Source: Camelus ferus (Eukaryota). From it: a DNA stretch of 64,000 bases. The stretch covers positions 60,452,001 through 60,516,000 of the forward strand of contig NC_045707.1 in NCBI RefSeq assembly GCF_009834535.1, given 5' to 3'. Position 1 is the stretch's first letter; each line of letters starts with the position of its first letter. Under the pieces are notes generated by a model. That model was not told where the DNA came from, did not search any database, and worked only from the letters and a program-made list of their open reading frames with translations. Shown here one piece after another: positions 1 to 13,828 of the stretch. The position numbers and the translations under genes were made by a program.

Positions 1-1554
1 TTAAATGGGTTCCAGACGTCTGTGGGATCTCCACGCACGTCATTGGGAAGGCATAAACACATTAAATCACAACAGGTTACTCTTACCAAAAAATAAGATA
101 AGAATTTAGACAAATGATTAATAAATATTTGTTTAAAAAATCAACATTTTATCCTTTTATTTCAATACTTCTTGAATACCTGTGATGTATCTGGTACAAA
201 TAAATACTATGTACTCAAGGTCTACTAGCTATTTAGGAAATATATAAAGTAATACTAAAATGATTGATACTCTATCACTTTATAGCACAAAAAAATCCTA
301 TTATAGTATATACCATTTTGAAGATGGATTTTATAGAGCAGATATACAAATATCATAGCAGAATATCCATAACTGTGTGACCATCTCAGTGAACACCTTT
401 TGCTGTCATCCAGCAAGTGCTTCTTCAACTCTTTAAAAACAAGAGTTACTTTACAGGTCCTAATTATTTCCTGAGGAGAGGACAGTCAAGCTGGATGGGA
501 ACTGAATGCCACACCTGTCTTTCATCCTGATGTCAGAGAAGCACCCACTTCTTCCCATGTGGTAGAAATTCTCCAATCCTCACTCTAGAAGCCAACATAA
601 AGAAGGATTCCAAGTTCAATCCTTTCTCCTTGTTAATTCACCACAGAGTGAATGTTCATTGTTTCTTTCAGACCTGTTTCTAACCATGAGTTCATTAAAA
701 CTAAAGTTCTTGCTTTAAAACCTTTTTCTATGCTCTAGAGCCCATTATAATGTGAGTTGACTCCCACCATCTCCAAGAATGTCGTGCATTCATTAGTTGA
801 TAAAATCAACCCAAGAAATCTGAGATTCTTATGCATGACATGCTTGACTTTGTGAACTTGGTGGGTCACTTCACTTAATAAGGAGGAGAACAAAGGAGGA
901 ATAGACAGGAGAAAACTATCATGAGCTAGCAAAGGGAAGTCCTGCTTTGTTCTCTATTTATTGTTTTTTGTTTCTGAGGCTTGGTTTAGTTTGGGCTGGC
1001 TCTGGCTGGGGAAGGGGGTGCTTTCGCCTGGTGTCAGGAAGGGGCTCACAGCACTGCCTGGACAAAAAAAATGCCCAGGCAAATCCCCCTTGTCCTCGAA
1101 TCACAGCCTCTTCTCCTCAACGTGAAGGATGGTGTAGGGAACTCACATCATCCAGGTCTTTTCCAGAAAACTTCGTTTTCTTTGTTGAATCATATACTTA
1201 AGCAGGGAGAGGAAATGACGAAAAAGTTTTCTTCCTTCCTGTTCTGAGACTCATGGCTTGTATGGGTCCCTGAGTGGGGACTACAGTCATCTGGTGGGCT
1301 TTCTAGGGTTTTCCGTGGATATTTATTTGTCTGCTGTTAGAATTTTAAATGATGTAGAAATAAGCTTATGTAGCTTGAATTTTTGCCTTAATTTTTGATA
1401 TTATGACTACCATAGTGTCACAGTTTTCCTCCAGATACTGCTGACATATAAACCACATGATAATGATGAAACACGACTTTTTTTTTAAGTTTTATACACA
1501 TGCTTAGGTCTTCTTAGGTCAAAGAAGCCTAACAGTCTAGCAAGACAAAAAAAA

Positions 1555-1634
1555 TTTTTTTTCTGCCTTCTTTTGGATTGAGTAATTTTATGATTCCATT
1601 TTATTACCTTTGATGGCTTGTTAGGTTGCTTTAG
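1555..1634 (+). repeat. 80-bp exact dispersed duplicate of 4048-4127
   Basis: T8-CTGCCTTCTTTTGGATTGAGTAATTTTATGATTCCATTTTATTACCTTTGATGGCTTGTTAGGTTGCTTTAG at both sites. Confidence 0.95.
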
Positions 1635-2179
1635 ACTGCTGTTATGAAATAGTGGAGAAGAAAGTGTAGCAGTTGTGATGGATTCATTCCCGGTTTTCCA
1701 AATCTGTCATAAAAATCAAGGTTTCACTTCACAGGCATTTCATATATATACCTGAGAAATCAATTTATAAAACCCAAGTGAATTGGCCTCTTCATGATTG
1801 GCCTTTCTCTGGTTTGACTTCATAAATCCTTTTCCTCTGTATTCGTTCATTCATTCTGCCAACATTCTCTTAGCACCTAATATATCCCAAGCCCTGTGCA
1901 GTAGGCTGGGAGCCCAAGAAGAGTGAAACAAACAAACAAACAACATCCTGGTCCTCAGGGAGTTTCAAATCTTGCAGGGAACCAGACAACAACTAGTCAG
2001 AAAACGACGTGTTTATACAGGATGCACTTAGTGGCTTATGCAACAAATATTCCAGACTTTGTGCAAGGTGGTAGGAATAGAGTAGACAGCAAAAAAAAAA
2101 AAAAAAAAAAAGGCACTTGTTCTGATGAGATAGGCCTGAATCAAATGCTATACAGTTATAAGTCAAATGTTACATAGTT

Positions 2180-2530
2180 TAGAACCTTTTCAATTCCAAC
2201 TGGCTGAAAACCCAACTCACACTGGCATAAGCGAAAAAAAAAAGAGGGGGTGTTTACTGGTTCACGGAGTTAAAAAGCTGAGGGCTGGCTGAGATGTGGA
2301 TTGGTGTATGGGCTTAAACAGTATCCCTGAACCCTGGTACCTTTCCTTCTTTCAGCCCCGCTTACCTGTGTTTTGGTTCCCATTCCACACTCAAATCTAG
2401 TCGTGAAAGAAGAGTATTTCCTTTCTCCCAGCAAGTATCCTGGGCATGATGCCCTACCAGACCAAAATAGAACACTGCACTTTCCCTAAACTCATCCTGG
2501 CCTGGGGAACATGGTGCCCCGATGGGCCAG
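2180..2530. mobile_element. Old ERVL-MaLR LTR fragment (MLT1J/K-like)
   Basis: GAAAACCCAACTCACACTGGC...TTACTGGTTCAC resembles the recalled MLT1 consensus. Confidence 0.45.
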
Positions 2531-3959
2531 GCCTAGTCAGGTGCCTATCCATAGACATGGGGGTGGAGCCAGTTCCAGGAGAAGCCTGGACATTGAGAGT
2601 AGGGAGGAGGGTGGTCCCCAGGAGAAATTGGGGACACCTTACCTGAGGTGGGGACCTGGCCAAGTGCAGCCAAAGCACACCAGTCAGGTCCCCTGCAATC
2701 TCCCGTGCTGTCCAGTCCCTGGGCCCTCCTATTCCTGGAGATGATCATAACAACCAAAATTCCACCAAAAGCAATTTCCATCCCTAATGGTGCCTCTCAA
2801 AGGTTCTCAAATGTAACTCAGTTCACAGCCCACAGACACACATCCTGATCTTCCCTTTCCTCTCACTCTCAGTATCTCTCATGTCCTGTATTGTCCCAGG
2901 GCCTCTGTGCACACCCTGTTTTCCAGCCCCACCCAAATTCTTCCCAAGCCCAGCTCACACCCCAGCTGCCCTTCCCTCAGTTTTTGCGCCTCAGCTCTCC
3001 TTGTCTGGGTTGCCTTTCCCATCACCTCCAGTACGTCCCGCCCCTTAGTGTGGATCCTCTAGGCTCACCTGTTCCTCAAGTTTTCCCTCCACTGATGACC
3101 CCACCCTGCATCATGAAGTTCAGGAATTTTCTTAAAAGGCAGAGGATGGAAGGGACCTATTAGCCACAAAAGATTGGACTGTTTTAATCTGAGAAGGTGA
3201 AAAATGCAAACACTTATGTCTTCTCTTCTGTCTCTGCCATCTGAATAATCTTACCCCACAGTGAATACAGTTTCAAAATGTGATAAGAATCTGAGATGGG
3301 GTTAGAGGGGCCTGTGGTGAACTTTCGAATTAAGACCTAAAGGATGAAGAAGTAAGTGAATGAGTTCGGCAGGTGAGAAAGTGTTCTGAGGAGGGGACAC
3401 GTCCCTGGACAAGACCCTGAGCCTGGAGGAGAGGAAATGAAAAGAAGCATGTGTTCAGAGTGAGGAGAGCGGGACAAGGGGTGAGGCCGAGGGGTAGACC
3501 CCGGTGATCCCCATCAGTGGACAGCAACGACCAAGCAGAAGAGTTTGGCCCAGAAGTTCTGCAGGGTTTCCTGGAGTCTCAGGCAGACAAAGGAAAGTAC
3601 TTTCAATAGTGCTGCTAAGCCCCAGTCTTGGGAGAAAGAAATCCGTTTCCAGCCCCCCGCGCCTGGGTCGCTGGGCTCTGGCGATCTGAGTTATGTAAGG
3701 GCTCTGAGAGGGAAGAAATGCGAAGTGCCTTCAGCACAGTGTCTCCTGGCTGAACTTGTTAGTCTTCGTCTGTGATACGCTGAAGTCAGAAAAGGGATCA
3801 CTGCCAACATCATTTTGCTGTTATGATTAGTTCAAGTTTCTAATCTTTCACTGCACAACTTTTTGAGAGAAATGAAATGCTAAAAGGAGATAAAAGCCAA
3901 CTTGTTTATTTGCCTAAGAGTATGGGGTAGGGGGAGCTAGTTTATTTGCCCAAGTGTTT

Positions 3960-6290
3960 ACAGATGTGGTTGGGTTTAAAATCTATCATCTTGCAATTTG
4001 TTTTCTATTTGACCCATCTGTTCTTTGTTCTTTTTTTAAAAAAGAATTTTTTTTTCTGCCTTCTTTTGGATTGAGTAATTTTATGATTCCATTTTATTAC
4101 CTTTGATGGCTTGTTAGGTTGCTTTAGGCTTTATAATATACATCTATTAGTCAACTTTCAATAATGTACCATCAGTGATAATGTACCGCTTTGTGTATAA
4201 TATAAAAACTTTACAGTAGCACCTTTCCCACCTCCAGGCCTTTGTGCTGTTACTGTCATACATGTCACTTTTATTTACATTATAAACCCTACAATACATC
4301 ACACACACTGCACAAGGTTTCTTGTTAAACAGTTGATGAACTTTTAGTAGATTTTAAAAATAAGGATAAAAAGATCTTTTATATTTACTTATGTACTATT
4401 TCTAACACTTCACTCCCTTACGCAGCTCTAGATTTCTTTCCAGTATCATTTTCCTTCTGAAGAACTTACAAACATTTCTTTTGGTTCAAGTCAGCTGTGA
4501 TGAATTCTTTCAGCTTTTATGTGCCTGAAAAAACTTCATTTAACCTTCATTTTTTGAAGGATTTTTTTTGCTGGTTTTTGAGTTGTAGGTTGACAGATTT
4601 TTTTTTTCCTTCCAGTACTTTAAAAATATCGATCCAGTGTCTTGTGGTTTGCATTGTTTTCTACAAGAAATCTGCAGTCACCCTTACCTTTTTTCTCCCT
4701 CTGCATAGATTGTGGTGTTTTTCCCTCTGACTGCTTTTAATATTTCCTCATTATCGCTGGCTTTCAGAAATTTGGTTATGTTATGACTTGATGTAGACGT
4801 TTCCTATTCTTAGCGTTTATTGGACTTCTTGGATTTGTAGATTTATACTTGTCAGGAAATTTGGAAAATCTCTGGTCATTATTTCTTTAAACAGTCTTTC
4901 CGCCCTGCTCTTTCAGGGCCTCTGAGCACGCGTGTTTCATCACTCAAAGCTGCCCCACAGCTCGCGGACGCGCCGCTCATTTTTTTTCAGTCTTTTTTTT
5001 TTTTTTTCTGAGTTTCATTTTGGATAGTTTCGGTTGCTATTTCTTTCAGTTATTTCATCTTTTGTCCTGTGGAGTCTAATAGGTTGCAGTCTTCACCTTA
5101 GACATCGTATCTTTTATCTTTAGAAGTTCCATTTGGGCTTTTAAAATATTTCCCATGTCTTTATTTAACATGCTCAAGCATTTCTCTATCATATGAACTT
5201 TATGACTGTTTTAATGTCCTGATCTACTATTTTATTATCTGTCACATTTGGATCTATTTCTATTGATTGGTATTTATTTCTTCTCATAATGGATTGTGTT
5301 TTCCTGCTTCTTTGCCTGTCTGGTAGATTTTGATTAGATACCAGTCATTGTGAATCTTCCTATGAGTATTCTAGAGCTTTGTTCTGGGATTCAGTTGTTA
5401 TTTGGAAATACCACTGACACTTGAACAACCCAGGGGTTAGGGACACCGAGCCATTGCACAGTCAAAAAATCTATGTATAACTGATCATTGGTTTTCTTTA
5501 TCCTTAGTTCCTCCATATCCCTGGTTCTGCCATCTGCAGATTCAACCAACTGTGGATTCTGTCATACTGTATTATTTACTAATGAAGAAAAAACCCACAT
5601 GCAAGTGGATTCATGCAATTCAGACCTGTGTTGTTCAAGGTTCACCTGTAGTTTAATCCTTTTAAGGTTTGCTTTCAAGCTTCATTAGTCAGGATCAGAG
5701 TCATTCTTAGCTGCGGGCCACTACTGGGGTAATACCCTCTGAGTCTTCTACTAAATGCTCTGTGAATTAGAAAGTTCTTCTCTGCCTGGTAGGAGCACAA
5801 CCTCTCGCCAGCCCTGTGTGAGCTCTGTGGGTTGTTTCCTCTGCCCACCTTGGACAGATCTTTCCCTGACCTCGATGGTTTCCTCACACCCATGCTCTGA
5901 TCAGCACTCAACTAAAGACTTCAGGAAGACAGTCTGCAGTCCTCTGGATATTCCTTTCTGTGTGGCTTCCTCTTATCTGCTATTCCACCATGAAAATCCT
6001 AGCCACCTTGGTCTCCCTGGACTCCCAACTCCATTTCTGTAACTCAAAGAGATAAGCAGGCCCTACCTGGGATCCCTCGTCTTCCTTCAGTCTGGAAACT
6101 GTCTCTAGGTGTGCAGCTGGAGCAGTCAGAGATTATTTTATTTGTTTTCCACTTCTCAGGAATGACCTGAGCTGCTTGGTGTCCAATGCTTGAGAACCGT
6201 TGTTTCATATATTTTGTCCAGTTTTCCAATTTTTTTCTGGTAAGAGGATAAATTTGGTCCCTGCTACCCCTTCTGAGCTGAAAGCAGAAG
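3960..6290 (-). mobile_element. Old L1 (L1MC/MD-like) 5'/ORF1-region fragment
   Basis: T-rich antisense L1 motifs such as TTTGGAAAATCTCTGGTCATTATTTCTTTAAA and TGTCCAATGCTTGAGAACCGTTGTTTCATATATTTTGTCC. Confidence 0.7.
5411..5648 (+). mobile_element. TcMar-Tigger MITE (MER8/Tigger2-like) nested in the L1
   Basis: TIRs CACTGACACTTGAACAAC ... GTTGTTCAAGGTTCACCTG, flanked by TA on both sides. Confidence 0.75.
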
Positions 6291-6309
6291 TTTTAAACTG
6301 TGTTTTAAC

Positions 6310-6482
6310 TGGTGGTTTTCACACTTTAGTACGCTTCAGCATTAACGGGCAGGCTCGTTAAAACACAGGTTTCTGGACCCTCCCTCAGAGTTTCTAACTT
6401 GGTATGGGATCTGAGAATTTGCATTTTTAACGAATTCTCAGATGCTGCTGAAGCCCCTGGCTCCACATTTGGAGAACAGCTG
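6310..6482. mobile_element. MER5A-like hAT-Charlie MITE
   Basis: CTGAGAATTTGCATTTTTAAC...GATGCTGCTG...TTTGGAGAACAGCTG. Confidence 0.65.
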
Positions 6483-8672
6483 TGTTAAACTATTCAACTA
6501 AGAATTTCTCAGCTAATGTTTATCTACAAATCAGCAATACAGTGTGAACCACATTGATTTTCAAGACAAAACCTGTCAGTCATAGAAACTCAATCACAAG
6601 TACTTGGTGTTATTTGAATCCACTGAGAAACACATCCAACAAGAACTAAAAAGCTGTTCACACCCCCTTATCTGGTAAATCCAGGAAATAAGCTCCATAG
6701 AAATCATGTAGATGAATCTTTCCCAAGTAATATTTCTTAGAACATTAATACTTTGTGAGTTGTAAAAATTTCTATAGTCAGATAAGGTTAGGAATCTATA
6801 TTATATTCATGTATTTTATGACTCTTTCAAGGGGAAGATAGAATAAAAAGTGTTTCCCAAACTCATTTGACCGCAGAACCATTTATTTTGCAAAACACTT
6901 CCTAGTAACTTGAGGAACTTTAATACTCCTTGGAAGCCAGTTTGGGAAATACTGGAGCAGACCATTGGCATTTGTTAAGTTTATCATTTTCAATGTTAGC
7001 TGTTTGTCAGAAGAAATGTCATTGCTATAATAATTTGTGGTTCTGCTGGAGCAAGATGGCTTTCTCAGGGAGTGAGTCACTCAGCTAATGAACGAAACCA
7101 GCCCACTGCCAGCAACGCGTACCCCAATGTGGCTTTGCTGCTCAGGACACAGTAGCTTTTTTTTGTAGTAATAAAAAATGTGCTTGATTTGTGAAAAGGG
7201 CCTTGAAAAAAAAAGTCAGTTATTGGTTTTGGTGGTGGAAAGAAATGAAAAGAAGAAAAAGGAATTATTGGAGGTGGACATGGAGGTGATAAAAAGGAGG
7301 TCTTAGCAAGAAAACAGAAGTTTGGGGACAGATTTTAAAGGTGGTCTCCTAAATTTGTCACAGACTTGGATCTATATGCAGATAAGCTCATCCTGTAACC
7401 CACATGGAGAAGGTAAAAAGTGATACATGAATTACTTTAGTGAGAGACAAAACATAGCAAGATAAAATGTTACACAAGCAACTGCCGACCGAAACGTAAT
7501 TTAAGAGAAAGCTAGAAGCCTGGGCAGGTGTTTCTGTGAAGCCCCAGGAGGTGCCGACACTCATACAGGAAATAAAGTGTGCTTCTAGAATGAAAAATAA
7601 GAGTTTTTCTTTGCGTATTATGATGTTAACAAGGGAGGGATGTGGCCTTAGCTGACTATATTCCAAGGAAATGGAATATATTTCCATTAGGTCTTCCCTA
7701 AGCTAAAGACTTCACAGAAGAAAATGAGAAATAAATTTCATGTCTCAGGACCTGCAGACAGTTGTAGGGGAAAAAAGTGCTGCTAATCACAGTGATTCTT
7801 TTACAAGAACCTACACACAAGTTCTCCTGTTACCTCTTCCACACTCTGCTGAGGGGTTTTCTCATTAACTTAATCAGTGCCACCCAGTATTTACTAAGTG
7901 GTACGATAGTTATAGGGGTTTTAAGTGTAAAGAAGTCAGTGCCCTGCACGTGAGGACACACCGAGGGTGGAGGCTTTTTGAACTACCGTTGCCTGTCTGA
8001 TCCAGCTGTGTTTCAACAGAGTCCCTTGCTAAAATGTCAACTCCAAAATTTAAAATAAAATAAAATACAATGTCTACTCCATAAGGGCAGATATTATATC
8101 TGTCTTTGTGAAAGACATTTTTATTAATGAAATGAATATTCCTTACCGTAAAGTTTAAAAACAATTTAAATATAGGGGATTGAGTAAGCAAAGAGCTAAC
8201 ACAATGAAGTAGTAGGCAGCAATAAAAATAAGAATGAAATAATGTCAAGGGGGAAAAGCAAATAAGACAGAGCGATACCAATTGTATTCGTTATCTAAAG
8301 CATCCTGAAATTCGCCTTTTCTCGGTGTGTGCTCCAGCTATTCCCGTGATTGGGATGGCTTTTTCCTGCCTGTACCTGTAGACATTCTACGTCTCTAAGG
8401 CTCAACTGAAGCACCACATCCTCCCTGAAATAGCGTGACTTCCACATCCCTCCATCCTCCTGGAAGATGCTGGTAATTCTCACCCATGTGCCTCTGGCTT
8501 TACCTTCATTGTTCACGGGTGAACTTCCAACTGCTGGTAGTGGCGCGTCTTTGACTGAGAATCTTCTCCAAGCCTGGAGAAGCCTGCTGCGTCCACTTGC
8601 TTGGCAGGCCAGAATGCTGGGGAAGTAAATCCCGCCAGAAAAGCCCCTGCTCCAAGACTGCCAGAAGGTGAC

Positions 8673-9084
8673 TGTTTTAATCAGCTTGGGCTGCCATAGC
8701 AAAGCACGGCAGACTGGGAGGCTTAAACCACAAGTTCCTCTCTCGTGGTTCTGGAGGCTGGGAAGTCCAAAGTCAACGTGTCTGCCATTTAGGTTCCCAG
8801 TGAGAGCTCCTCCTGGTTTTCAGAGTCTTCCTCCTGTGACCTTACATTACAGAGAGGGAGGGAGGGGGAGAAAGGGGAGGGGAACAGAGAGAGAAAGAGA
8901 GAGACAGAGAGAGGGAGAGAAAGAGAATCTCTGATGTCTCTTCTTGCCCTATTATGAGGACCACACCCTCATGACCTCATGTAAACCTAATTACCTCCCA
9001 AATGCCCTATCTCCTAATACCATCACATGGGGGTTAAGACTTAAACATACTGATTTTGAGGGGACACAACATTCAGTCCATAGC
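8673..9084 (-). mobile_element. MLT1A-like LTR with (GA)n tract, nested in an LTR16-like element (~8440-9320)
   Basis: GTTCTGGAGGCTGGGAAGTCCAA...TAATTACCTCCCAAA...ATTCAGTCCATAGCA. The flank has the LTR16-like ATAACTCTGAGG. Confidence 0.75.
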
Positions 9085-9484
9085 ATTGGTGTGTAATCAT
9101 CTCAACTCCTTTGCTCTGTGGGCGGCATAACTCTGAGGTCGCGTCCATATCATTTCTGGGTTTCCCCAGGGGATTCAGCTTCTCCCGTGGCCCCCCTGCG
9201 GTGACCGGTTTGTCAGCCACCTTCTCTTATTTGTCTCACCTCCCCACTCACCTTCCTTCCTACACCCTCTAGAGAAAACTACCTGTTCTCGCATCCTTGT
9301 GTCAGGCTCTGCTCCCCATCTGGCTCCTGTGTTCCTGTATTGTAATGTCTCTCACATTATTCTCTTTACTGAGGTTTTGTGAATGTCTGGGCTCTTGTAA
9401 CTAAACTGCAAACTGAGAACAGAAACCTTTAAATACTGTATCCCCCAAAGCCTAATAAAGTACCTTGCCCATAGCAGGTGCCTT

Positions 9485-9485
9485 A

Positions 9486-9521
<36 letters not shown>

Positions 9522-9541
9522 CAAAAAACCAAAAACAAAAA
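9485..9541 (+). repeat. (CAAAA)n microsatellite
   Basis: Directly visible. Confidence 0.9.
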
Positions 9542-10563
9542 CCCTAGATCAATTATCTACATTAAACCAATTGGGGATTTTTAAGAAGGGACCATAGAAA
9601 TCTAACACCTAAACAGTTCACAGCATTCTTTGTGGCATGAAATAAAACAGATTATTTAAGCAAAGTTTTATGAATTGTAATTATTGATTTAAAATCTTGT
9701 AAACTACTGTTTCAAGTTCAAAGTGAAGCTTCAGGTTTAATCAATATATAGAATATATTTTGGCCTGTTCTGGTTGAAAAAATTCAGTATCCACTGAGGG
9801 AATCAGCGGGCACAAGATGTGAATTGAGTCCATATTTCCTAACAGCGTTCAGAAACCCGTGTGGTCCAGCCCCCACTGCCCTTTCTAGCTCTACCTTCCA
9901 TTCTCCTTTCACCATTCCTATATACACAGTTGTGTGATCTTCATGTAAACAATTTGTATTTCAAATTTATCTTTGCTTGTTAACAAAAGTGCATAATACC
10001 ACAGATCTCACTTCAATGGAAAAATTATCATTGTTTAATTGAGGAGCAAAAGCAACTCCAAATTAATAATGCTTCTTTAGACCCCACTTTTTCTTCCCTG
10101 TCATTACTATATTGTCTGTGTGTCTTTATTAACAAATGGATTCAGATATCTAGGAATTTGATAACATGATCTGAATTGGAATAATGATTTACATGTCTTT
10201 CAAAGTTACTTCCCAAGTCTAATTCTGCGGCCAGTATCTTGAAGACAGATATCTACAAGCCACAAAAAGGCAAGGGCACCATCTCTATGCTGTGTAAAAT
10301 CTGAGGAACATAAACAATTAGCATCATTCTTTTAAGAATTAATACAAATACTACTCATTCATAGAAATATTGGCCAATACAGAGAAATGAAAAGAAGAAA
10401 AAGACACAGTAATACTTCTGATCAAAGCAAAATGCTACTAAAATTTTAGTGTATCCCTTTCAGACTTTTTTTGCATAGGATTTTTAACATACATATTTAC
10501 AGGGCTCATGGTGTGCACGTGTTTATTTTCCCCTTCTTTCTGCACTCAGCCAATGTAATAGGC

Positions 10564-10980
10564 TGTGGCAGACGCCACACGTGGGATCACTCAACACCCA
10601 GTCACCCTTCTCACACAGCCTCCCATCCTCCAGAAACTGGAAAGCTAAACAGTTCCAAGACTCCCTTGCAGCTTGGCCTCCACATGTAACTGAGTTTCCA
10701 CCAAGCCCTGATGGGAGATCCATTCCTTGAGGCAGATTCAGAAGGCAAGTGAGTACCTGAGGTGATGGCCAAGGTCAGGGACGGCAGATCTTCTGGGAGT
10801 TAAGGTAGAAAGTCTACTCTCAAGCTCCAGAATAATAACTGTGGAGAGGCAGGCAGGCGCAGTGCTGGGGTCTCCTTAAAAAATGCAGCACCTGGGGTCT
10901 GCGACGATCCTGACGCTGTAGCACCATTTGCTCCCCTGCTTCCTCTCAGAAATTCTGTTGTCTGCAACAAAGACCCCTAA
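10564..10980. mobile_element. ERVL LTR fragment (LTR33-like)
   Basis: GACTCCCTTGCAGCTTGG...CATGTAACTGAGTT motif. Confidence 0.4.
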
Positions 10981-11649
10981 TGAATACATGGAACACCTTT
11001 CCATGTGCAAAAATACAAGTCAAAAAATACCATATTAATGGCTACCAGTAGAATCGTAGAATTTTAGAGCTAAGTGGGACCACAGCAATCAGCTAGACTT
11101 AAGAAAACTACACTCAAATGGACAGCAGTGGAGGCAAGACTACATGCAAGTCCCCCTGTGTCCACTCTGTAGAAAGAATTTATTCCAACCTTGTGTCCCA
11201 GTGAGATGGGACAAACATGGCTGTGCTCCAAATTAAACTTTGGCATTTTATGTTGCAAAACGTACTTATCTATCATCTGGTGGGCTTGAGCCCAAAAAGG
11301 ACAGTCAGAGCATGATGCCTTTTTAATGCGTTGCTTCCTTTTCACATCCATCTCCATTTCTACGCCAGCCCTCAGCCCCCAGCGCAGACCCAGCCCCAGA
11401 CCTGCTCCCCTGGATGAAGCCCAGCTGGCTGATTCAGGGTGCCGCTTCTAAGCGCTGTAGCCTTCACTCCAGTCAACGCTGGCGGTGGGGGAGCATCTCC
11501 TCAATGCAGAGGTTTCTGTCTGGTTTGTTTGAATGGAGACTTGCTCCCAAGGAGCTAGCGGTCTTTAGTGCTGTCAAACAAAGGTTTTTTTTTTTTTTTT
11601 TCCGGTCTTCTCATATGACACGAAGGAATCATTGTTGAAAGGCCCCATT

Positions 11650-11790
11650 TGGTAATGGAAAGAGTGAGAGCTTTGGATCCAGACTGGACTTGAATCCCAG
11701 CTCTGCCGTTTACTAGCTATATGGCTGTGGGACAAGTTATTCAGTCTCTCACTTGACCTAACTGTAAAATGGAAAGGAAGATAATGCCCT
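11650..11790 (+). mobile_element. MIR fragment (similar fragments near 15780-16025, 19920-20200, 22030-22220, 30200-30610, 52500-52650, 55100-55270, 56560-56790)
   Basis: MIR core TGAATCCCAGCTCTGCCGTTTACTAGCT...CTGTAAAATGG. Confidence 0.7.
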
Positions 11791-13169
11791 TACAACAATT
11801 CTAGTTGTTTGGACCAGAAGAAATATTTCTATAATGTTTGGCATGCAAGGGACAATAAAGCGTTACTGTCATTGGGTTGCAATATAGACTGCTGGCTCGA
11901 AGAAGAGCCAACAGTGTGTCCATTGGCTCTTTCCCATTTATGATTTTACAGCTGAACATGGACAGAAGAATAAGATCACTCCAGGGTAACCCACTGCCGT
12001 TCCACAGAGGATTCAGACAGCTCTGCAAGTCCATGTAAACATACACATTTGAGCTCACACCCAGCCGTCAACAGGTCATGGCGTCTGCTTCTGCTGCAGC
12101 CCTCCAAGTCTTCTGTTGAAGTGAACACAGGGACAAATAAATCAAAAGCTTGGGTCTTTCCACATACGCCATTATTTAAGAATTAGGAATGGGAATTAGG
12201 TATTCCCACAATCTTTTTGGAACAGTGTAAGTCAATAATGTTTAAAGTAAAATCTAGGTCAGCTCTCCTTATAAACACATATATAGAGAACTTATAGGAG
12301 CTATTTTTTTTTAGGTATTAACCTTTTTTTTGATAGCTCAACACTTTCCTTATGAGGTGAGAGCTGCAGGAACATGACGGCTCTTATTTTCTTTTACAAG
12401 AAAAGGTTCATTTTACAAATGACATTTAATCCCATATGGGAGGATTACACAAAAATCCTGGCAGGCATACGCCATAAGTAATTATGTGCCTGTCAATTAC
12501 AGCATTTTGTGCATTGTTTCCAAAATCCTGTTAACCTTCCTTACATCATTTCTTAGAGAAGCATCACTTACATACATATATACAATACTTTACTGGAAAT
12601 TTTTATGAAGTTTTCCTTTGAAGTTCAGTGATCAAAACACTCGTGGAAATTTAACTACATTTGAAATGAAATATAAACTCTAATGCTAATTCTTAAATCC
12701 CAAATTAGACTCATTTTCTACTTAGTCTTTCTCAGAATGGGGGATAAACATAAAAATTCTTTGATAAGCACTATTGCAGACTCTAAAATTTTTTCTTAAA
12801 ATTTGGTGGGTAAATATACATTTATTTGTATACAATCTGCAGCAAGAAACAAATTTATGTAACAGTTAGAATATATATTTTTTATTTTCCTGGAAGTATC
12901 TGGTGATCCTTATCACAAGGGAGATAATAAAAATCTATTTAATGCATTCTCTAGGATGCTTTGTTCCTCAGACTACAGTTTTAGGGGGGAAAGAAGTAGG
13001 TTTCCTACTGGTTATGGCTTTGAGAATTTACTCCCATTTCTCACCAAAAGGGTTTCTTAACACAGCAGTTAACATTTGTGTGAAACTTCAACGTTGTCCC
13101 CAAAACAAGAGGTCAAGTAGGGTAGGCACTGAAAAATGGTAGTTGGTTTGGCCAGAGGGACTCTCTGAT

Positions 13170-13640
13170 GACCACAGTGAGAGGCTCATAAGGATGCAGT
13201 CAAAGTTCCAGCCAGGGCTGGAGTCATTTCACTGCCCGACAGGACTGTAGAATCTCCTTCCAAGCTTACTCATGTTTTTGTTGGGAAAAGGCTTCAACTT
13301 CTCAGGGGCTGTTGGCTGGAGGCCTCTGTCCCTCACCATGTGGGCCCTCCATAGGCTGCTTGAGTGTCCTCCTGACATGGCAGCTGGCTTCCCCGGAGCA
13401 AGTGATCCACCCAACGGAGAAAGAGAGACAGAGACAGAGACATAGATGGAGCAGTAGGAGAGAGGGTGGGGGAGAACAAGGAGGAAATCAATGCCTTTTC
13501 TGACCTTGTCTTAGAATCACACACTTGAATCTATTTTCTAGAAGGACGTCACTAATCCAGCACACACTCAAGGAAAGGGGACTTAAATGCCACCTGTTGA
13601 AGGGAGGAGTAACAAAGGACATAGTTTTAAACTACCACAA
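13170..13640 (-). mobile_element. MLT1 (F/G-like) LTR
   Basis: CATGTGGGCCCTCCATAGGCTGCTTGAGTGTCCTCCTGACATGGCAGCTGGCTTCCCC; ends TAAACTACCACA. Confidence 0.7.
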
Positions 13641-13644
13641 TCAA

Positions 13645-13828
13645 GGGGGGGAGGGTATAGCTCAAGTGGTAGAGAGCATAGCTCAAGTGGTAGACAGCGT
13701 GCTTAGCATGCATAAGGTCCTGGGTTCAATCCCCAGTACCGCCTCTAAAAATAAATAAATAAACCTAAATACCTCCCCCCCCCAAAATATCAAATAAATA
13801 AATTAAATAACATTAAAAAAACCCAAAC
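13645..13828 (+). mobile_element. Camelid tRNA-derived SINE (Vic-1-like) with 14-bp TSD
   Basis: GGGGAGGGTATAGCTCAAGTGGTAGA...GGTCCTGGGTTCAATCCCCAGTACC plus A-rich tail. TSD AACTACCACAATCA at 13630-13643 and 13829-13842. Confidence 0.88.

Noticed and set aside
5658..5667. Third CCTTTTAAGG CArG box
   Set aside because: Lies in old L1 sequence 12 kb upstream; likely chance.
13645..13740. tRNA-Ala-like gene
   Set aside because: Has an A-rich tail, a TSD and an internal duplication, so it is a SINE rather than a tRNA; the same applies to 28266.
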